A stretch of DNA of 24,000 bases from Promethearchaeati archaeon. Its GTDB lineage: Archaea; Asgardarchaeota; Heimdallarchaeia; Heimdallarchaeales; Heimdallarchaeaceae. Below are positions 18,836-24,000 of the stretch, piece by piece. Every line of letters begins with the position of its first letter. Position 1 is the first letter of the stretch. The translations under genes were made by a program, and so were the position numbers. Below the pieces are notes generated by a model. It was not told where the DNA came from, ran no database searches, and saw nothing but the letters and a program-made list of their open reading frames with translations. Location of the stretch: the NCBI GenBank assembly GCA_013166775.1, contig JABLTJ010000025.1:111-24110 (forward strand), written 5' to 3'.

Positions 18836-20038
18836 ATGGAACAGATAAAGAAATGGATAGCTACTGAAGAGGAAATTGCTGAGGGAAAAACTACTGATGT
18901 TTATTTTGTTCGAACCAAACAATGTTTAGACAAAGATAATCTGAGTGACACAAAAGTTTGGACTGAAGTAACCACAGGAGGGATACCTAGGGAAGGGAAA
19001 CAATTTCTATTCCTGGGTTTATATGATGTATTAAATTTATTCTCAAAAGCAAACTTGGATGTAAATGTTTATTCGATAAAGGAAGGAACCATTCTTCCTA
19101 ATAATGACGTCAACGGTGTTAGAATACCTTTCTTAATAGTCGAAGGCATGTATGGTGATTTCGCTATATATGAAACACCAATGCTCGGTTATTTATGCTT
19201 TCAATCTGGAGTAGGTACAGCAGCTACACGACTAAGAATAGCAGCTCAAGATAAAACCTTGCTCTCATTTGGAATTAGAAGAATGCCTCCAGAAATAGCA
19301 CCTACTATTGATAGAGCTTGTTATATTGCAGGATTTGATGGTATATCTTGCGTATTAAGTGCAGATAAACTAGGTATTCCTGCAACAGGAACAGTCCCAC
19401 ACGCTTTAATTATGATAGAAGGTGGGATAACACAAGCAGTTCAATCATTTGATAGACACATTGATAGCGATATCTCAAGAGTTGCGCTTGCTGATACATT
19501 TAATGATGAAAGAGTTGAGGTTCTTCAAGCACTGGAAGCTTTAGGGGATAAACTCTCGGGGATTCGATTGGATACACCTAGTTCAAGAAAAGGAAGTTTT
19601 AAAGACATTGTTCAAGAGATAAAATGGGAACTAAAACTAAGAGGAAGAGAAGATATTAAGATTTTTCTAAGTGGTGGCTTAACAGAAGATACTGTTAAAG
19701 AATATCGAAGCTTTGCAGATGGTTTTGGTGTTGGTACCTTTGTTTCAAACAGTCCAACAGTAGATTTTGCATTCGATATTGTTGAAATTGAAGGAAAATC
19801 CATTGCAAAAAGAGGAAAATTCGCTGGCAAAAAACAAGTTGGTTTTTGTAATCAATGTCAAATTTATCTTTGTGAAGAATTTCATAAATCAGCCATTAAA
19901 TGCCCTTCTTGTGCAAAACCCATGGATAAAATGATCGATCTAGTAATGGAGAGAGGTAAAATTCTAAATGCGATTCCTACTGAACTTGAACTTAGAGATT
20001 ATGTAAAAAAACAGTTAAATGGAAAATTGGAGATTTAA
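18836..20038 (+). CDS. pncB: Archaeal-type nicotinate phosphoribosyltransferase with C-terminal zinc-ribbon/knuckle
   Basis: YETPMLGYLCFQSGVGTAATRLRIAA, FGIRRMPPEIAPTIDRACYIAGFDG, PATGTVPHALI, SGGLTEDTV; C-terminal CNQC...CPSC. Confidence 0.88.
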   Translation: MEQIKKWIATEEEIAEGKTTDVYFVRTKQCLDKDNLSDTKVWTEVTTGGIPREGKQFLFLGLYDVLNLFSKANLDVNVYSIKEGTILPNNDVNGVRIPFLIVEGMYGDFAIYETPMLGYLCFQSGVGTAATRLRIAAQDKTLLSFGIRRMPPEIAPTIDRACYIAGFDGISCVLSADKLGIPATGTVPHALIMIEGGITQAVQSFDRHIDSDISRVALADTFNDERVEVLQALEALGDKLSGIRLDTPSSRKGSFKDIVQEIKWELKLRGREDIKIFLSGGLTEDTVKEYRSFADGFGVGTFVSNSPTVDFAFDIVEIEGKSIAKRGKFAGKKQVGFCNQCQIYLCEEFHKSAIKCPSCAKPMDKMIDLVMERGKILNAIPTELELRDYVKKQLNGKLEI

Positions 20039-20139
20039 CTCCTTCCTTCTATTTTGCCCAACCAAATAAATTTAAAAGTGATGTTGAGAAAAATGTACCA
20101 GCAATAGCTGGATTTATAAGTAAAATTCAGCATTCAACA

Positions 20140-20544
20140 ATGCGGGTTATCCACATGGCATTTGGCATAACTTTTGAGAATAAAACAGCGGAATTAAAAT
20201 CCACGTTAAGTGATTTAAAGATAAAAGTACCAGAGATAGAAAGTGCAGCGATTGTTTCAATCGAAGGATTACCTATAGCATCTGTTCTACCTCAAGAAAT
20301 CGAAGAGGCAAGGTTAGCAGCGATGACTGCAGCGATGCTTTCATTGGGAGAGAGAGTAGCTCAAGAAATGCAAAGGGGAGAGTTAGAGAAGATTTTCATT
20401 GAGGGGGCATATGGATATATTATAACGATTGCTGCAGGACAAAATGCCGTATTGACAGTTTCTGCGAGGAAAGAAGCAAAACTGGGTCTAGTCTTTCTAG
20501 ATATGGCAAGAGCTGGACAGGAAGTCGAAAGGCAGCTGAGTTAA
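20140..20544 (+). CDS. Roadblock/LC7-domain protein
   Basis: PEIESAAIVSIEGLPIASVLP...RLAAMTAAMLSLGERVAQEMQRGELEKIFIEGAYGYIITIAAGQNAVLTVSA. An internal start at MAFGITF (20155) is possible. Confidence 0.88.
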   Translation: MRVIHMAFGITFENKTAELKSTLSDLKIKVPEIESAAIVSIEGLPIASVLPQEIEEARLAAMTAAMLSLGERVAQEMQRGELEKIFIEGAYGYIITIAAGQNAVLTVSARKEAKLGLVFLDMARAGQEVERQLS

Positions 20545-20665
20545 CTATATCTTCCTCTAATTATTTTTATTTTGCTTTTACAAATTCTAGTTATTCCATA
20601 ATTTTTGTTCTCTTAATACGAAAAATCTTTAAAATCCGATACTTCTTCAACACTTGTGCTAATGT

Positions 20666-21574
20666 ATGGAAATTACTACTGAAAGACATAGAAGAAACGA
20701 AGATTTAGTCGTTAGACTAGGAAAACTGGAAGAAGAAATTAGTTTTTTTAAGAAGAAAAGAGATGAACATAACCAATTGACAAAGGAAGTTTTAACCAAA
20801 CGAAACGAATTCAATGAGCAAATTAATGAAGATTTAGCAAAAGCAAAAGATTATACAGCTAAAAGAGATGATTTAAACTCCCAAGTAAAACAATCAAAGC
20901 AAAAACGAAAAATACTACAAGATAAGGTTAAGGAAAATAAAAAGGTTCTAGAAGAAGTAGTAGAAAAAGATCAAGCACTAAAAAAGGACAATATAAGAAG
21001 AAAACGAAGAAGTATGCGTAGTCTTAATGAGAATATTAATAAAATAGAATGGGATTTACAGACAAGTGTTTTAACTTCAGAGAAAGAAAAGGAAATGGTA
21101 CAACTTCTTGAAAAACTTTCAGAACAATTAAATAAAATAGCAGAAGAAGTTCATATAACTTCTCAACAGACACAAATGTGGAAGGAGATTTCTGTAGCAC
21201 AAAGGGAGATTAATATATTACATATTCAGATTATTGATGCAGCAAAAGAATCACAAATTTACCATAATTTAATGAATCAAAATTATCACCAAATAAATGA
21301 ATTAAGAAAGCAAGCAAATGATAACCATAAAAAATTCTTGAGTTTCAAAAAGCAATCGGATACTTTTCACCGTGATTTCTTATCGAAAGTAGCAGAAAAA
21401 AATGAATTGAAAGGTGAATTGAGGGAAAGCAAACAAAAAATCAGAGCCGAGATACGAGAAAAGAAGCAAGCAAATCTAGAAGAAAATACACAAAAAGCAT
21501 ACGAGAAATACGAGAGGGGAGAAAATCTCTCACTAGATGAATTTAGATTGCTTGTGGAAAAGGGAATGATTTAG
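20666..21574 (+). CDS. Archaeal coiled-coil protein (resembles the uncharacterised COG1340-type family)
   Basis: Continuous heptad-like charged sequence, 302 aa. Confidence 0.6.
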   Translation: MEITTERHRRNEDLVVRLGKLEEEISFFKKKRDEHNQLTKEVLTKRNEFNEQINEDLAKAKDYTAKRDDLNSQVKQSKQKRKILQDKVKENKKVLEEVVEKDQALKKDNIRRKRRSMRSLNENINKIEWDLQTSVLTSEKEKEMVQLLEKLSEQLNKIAEEVHITSQQTQMWKEISVAQREINILHIQIIDAAKESQIYHNLMNQNYHQINELRKQANDNHKKFLSFKKQSDTFHRDFLSKVAEKNELKGELRESKQKIRAEIREKKQANLEENTQKAYEKYERGENLSLDEFRLLVEKGMI

Positions 21575-21622
21575 ATTTTTAATGAAAACCATATACTGTA
21601 AAAACAGCTCCAATAGATGTTT

Positions 21623-22066
21623 TTACAATTCATCAAGTGATATAATATAATCTGAGTAAGGCAAATAGCTTTTTGCTATTGTTTTTGTTGGACTTATAAG
21701 TAAGATATCAATTGTTTCCCTCAATTTTATAACAACAGGAAGTAAAGAATCATCTTTTACACCTATGCAGATAATATCTACTTGTTGCGAATTCGCAACA
21801 TCAAGGCTTTCAAGTGTTATGTTAACATCCTTATCTGAAGGGACTATTTTTGGAGAAAATCCTCTACTTAAGTACATCTCATAAACCTCTGGAGCCAACT
21901 GACTATCAAAGAAAACAATAGATTTTCTTATGCTCCCTAGTTGTTTAATCTGTTCCAATAGCAGCTTAATACTCAAAGGAGAAAGGGATTCTAATATTGC
22001 TCCATCAATTAAGCAGAAAACTCTTTTTGTTTGCTTTCTAAGTATTTTCATAATTTTTTCAGACAT
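21623..22066 (-). CDS. NYN/PIN-like domain protein (LabA/DUF88-like), possibly degenerate
   Basis: RVFCLIDGAIL, KDVNITLESLDVANSQQVDIICIGVKDDSLLPVVIKLRE resembles the NYN core DVDLALDALELA...SGDSDFxPLxxxLRE. Confidence 0.55.
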   Translation of the reverse strand: MSEKIMKILRKQTKRVFCLIDGAILESLSPLSIKLLLEQIKQLGSIRKSIVFFDSQLAPEVYEMYLSRGFSPKIVPSDKDVNITLESLDVANSQQVDIICIGVKDDSLLPVVIKLRETIDILLISPTKTIAKSYLPYSDYIISLDEL

Positions 22067-22273
22067 CTTTCAAAAGAACATAGGGTTTTACTTTTTAAAT
22101 ATTTTTTACCATTATTAGTCTAGGATGTAAAAAAATAATTGCAATTGATTATATTAGCTGTTCTGTTTTTTAAAAATATTATTTAAATCATAAAAACAAG
22201 TATTAATAAACTTAAACAAAAAACTTCTATTGAAAATATTAAATAAACTATTAGAAATCTTTGAGGTAATCAA

Positions 22274-23044
22274 ATGCAATGGTTTATGCCTGGTCTTATT
22301 TATCGTATCTATGAAAAGAAGCTTTCATCTGAGATAAAAAATCAACCTATTCCAAAACATATTGGGGTTATTCTAGATGGAAATAGGAGAGCAAGTGAAA
22401 AACTAGGTTTAGGTTATAAAGATGGATACAGACTAGGTGCAAAAAAACTCGAAGAAGTTTTAGGTTGGTGTTGGGATCTTGGTGTTAAGGTTGTAACCTG
22501 CTGGGTTTTCTCAACAGAAAATTTCTCTCGTCCAAAGGATCAAGTAGATACAATTATGAATCTAGCTACTATGTATTTACAAAGATTGAGAGAGGATAAG
22601 CGGATAATCAAGAACAAGGTTCAAGTAAAAGTTCTTGGAAGATTAAACCTATTGCCTGAAAAAGTTCAAAAGGAAATTAAAAAAACTGAAAAAGCAACAG
22701 AAGAATTCTCCAACTATCGCTTGAACGTATGTATGGCTTATGGCGGAAGAGCAGAGATAGTTGATGCTTTAAAGCAAATTTTGAAGAAAGCAAATAGTGG
22801 TCATATCAACTTAGATGAGGTAGATGAAGAATTAATAAGTAATCACTTATACACTGATGGTGTTCCAGATCCTGATTTGATTATCAGAACTTCTGGTGAA
22901 GAAAGATTATCTGGATTCCTTTTATGGCAATCTGCTTACTCTGAATATTACTTTGTTGATGTTCATTGGCCTCTGTTCCGAAAAATAGATTTGTGGCGTG
23001 CAGTAAGAACTTATCAACGAAGACAAAGAAGATTTGGACAATAA
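22274..23044 (+). CDS. uppS: cis-prenyltransferase (tritrans,polycis-undecaprenyl-diphosphate synthase type)
   Basis: HIGVILDGNRRASEKLG, GYRLGAKKLEEVLGWCWDLGVKVVTCWVFSTENFSRP, DLIIRTSGEERLSGFLLWQSAYSEYYF. Confidence 0.95.
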   Translation: MQWFMPGLIYRIYEKKLSSEIKNQPIPKHIGVILDGNRRASEKLGLGYKDGYRLGAKKLEEVLGWCWDLGVKVVTCWVFSTENFSRPKDQVDTIMNLATMYLQRLREDKRIIKNKVQVKVLGRLNLLPEKVQKEIKKTEKATEEFSNYRLNVCMAYGGRAEIVDALKQILKKANSGHINLDEVDEELISNHLYTDGVPDPDLIIRTSGEERLSGFLLWQSAYSEYYFVDVHWPLFRKIDLWRAVRTYQRRQRRFGQ

Positions 23045-23067
23045 CGCATTAGTTTCCCAGATTTCTA

Positions 23068-23847
23068 TTACTCGTAAAAATCATCTCTTTCTCCCCAATC
23101 TCTTTCCATTTGTCCAATTAATGTGTCAATGTTGTGTCCTGTATTTGCACTTATAGGTATTAAATCACCTGTAGTTTTGAATTGTTCCAGTATCTCCATT
23201 ATACTCAAGCCAAGTTGTTGAGACAAGGAAGTTTGTCCAACGCTCTGAATATCTGCTACTAGAGAATCTGGGGATTCTATCCAATTTTCCAAATTTTCCA
23301 TTTGCTCTTTTTCTATAATATCATCTTTTGATATTGCGACAATCTGAGGAAGTGAAAGCTGAAAAGCAACTGATATACTTAGCAGTAAGATACTTGAGAA
23401 ACCTTCAGGTCGCATTGCTAAAGAAGGATCTATAAGAAAAACCGAAGTAGGCTGACTTTCGTCAGATATAACAGAAGAAACTAAACGACCACTACTTCTA
23501 TACGCAAACAATTCAATTTGCCCTGGGGTATCAACTAGCAAATATTCTGGGCCGATGTAATCAATTTCTGCTTTTATTTCGTCGATTTTAGTTGCAATTA
23601 AATCCATACTTGCAATCATAGCACCATTTGGTCCTAGATCCAGTTTCTCAGTAAGATTATCTATATTAACCAAATCACGAACATCAATATCAGGATTATA
23701 AGGTAATCTCCTAACTCCTGCATCAAGATTTAGTGTAGCTACATCCAGATGTTTTTCATTGAACCAATCATACAAGGTTCTGGTAAGTACTGTTTTTCCA
23801 CTCCCCGCTGTACCCAACATAAATATTACATAAGACCTTTGAGCCAC
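23068..23847 (-). CDS. GPN-loop GTPase (GTG start)
   Basis: GTAGSGKTVLTRTL, GPN loop LGPNGAMIASM, LLVDTPGQIELF, ISKDDI; initiation codon GTG at 23845-23847. Confidence 0.92.
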   Translation of the reverse strand: MAQRSYVIFMLGTAGSGKTVLTRTLYDWFNEKHLDVATLNLDAGVRRLPYNPDIDVRDLVNIDNLTEKLDLGPNGAMIASMDLIATKIDEIKAEIDYIGPEYLLVDTPGQIELFAYRSSGRLVSSVISDESQPTSVFLIDPSLAMRPEGFSSILLLSISVAFQLSLPQIVAISKDDIIEKEQMENLENWIESPDSLVADIQSVGQTSLSQQLGLSIMEILEQFKTTGDLIPISANTGHNIDTLIGQMERDWGERDDFYE

Positions 23848-23853
23848 TTTTCA

Positions 23854-24000
23854 TCAATCCTTCATTTCTTGAATATTAATCGAAGATAAATTGGAAAGAA
23901 AAACTTCTTGAAGCATTTTCTTTGCGTTAACAACTTCTTCTTTTCCCTTTTCTCCTGTGCCTGAGATATGTATAACAATTCCTTTTTTATCTTTATAGGC
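23854..24000 (-). CDS. Partial CDS (C-terminal 48 aa of a gene running off the window)
   Basis: Open frame ...AYKDKKGIVIHISGTGEKGKEEVVNAKKMLQEVFLSNLSSINIQEMKD* ending 6 nt upstream of the GPN GTPase start. Confidence 0.6.
   Translation of the reverse strand, partial: AYKDKKGIVIHISGTGEKGKEEVVNAKKMLQEVFLSNLSSINIQEMKD

Noticed and set aside
18553-19830. Minus-strand ORFs 18553-18795 and 19612-19830
   Set aside because: Ser/Leu/Ile-rich antisense reads of the coiled-coil and NAPRTase genes.

Overview
This 24 kb window is about 35% GC, densely coded and archaeal. Its gene content suggests an Asgard-type archaeon: a CDC48/p97 double-AAA ATPase, FEN1 with a PIP box, Trm5, a DUF371-like protein, a GPN-loop GTPase, a cis-prenyltransferase, a tRNA-Lys(CTT) with a canonical 37/38 intron, and several eukaryote-like small GTPase and roadblock/longin-type proteins. 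That lineage call is an inference. I found no CRISPR array, transposon, integrase or rRNA. The most interesting parts are: (1) a minus-strand trio at 788-3148 (longin-like protein, Rab/Ras-like GTPase, double zinc-ribbon protein), a candidate small-GTPase module whose GTPase gene has an abruptly GC-rich core (about 42-52%, against about 22% immediately beyond one edge); (2) a roadblock (MglB-like) and MglA-like GTPase pair at 10555-11476, bridged by an 18-codon basic micro-ORF that makes ATGA overlaps with both neighbours; (3) an internally duplicated, tandem longin-like protein at 14937-15908, ending head-on against the tRNA-Lys gene; (4) a textbook bulge-helix-bulge tRNA intron with a GAAA-capped hairpin; (5) a NapH-like ferredoxin membrane protein paired with an uncharacterised 65-aa membrane protein; (6) a NYN/PIN-like protein with apparently substituted acidic residues. 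All family assignments come from reading motifs, with no database search.
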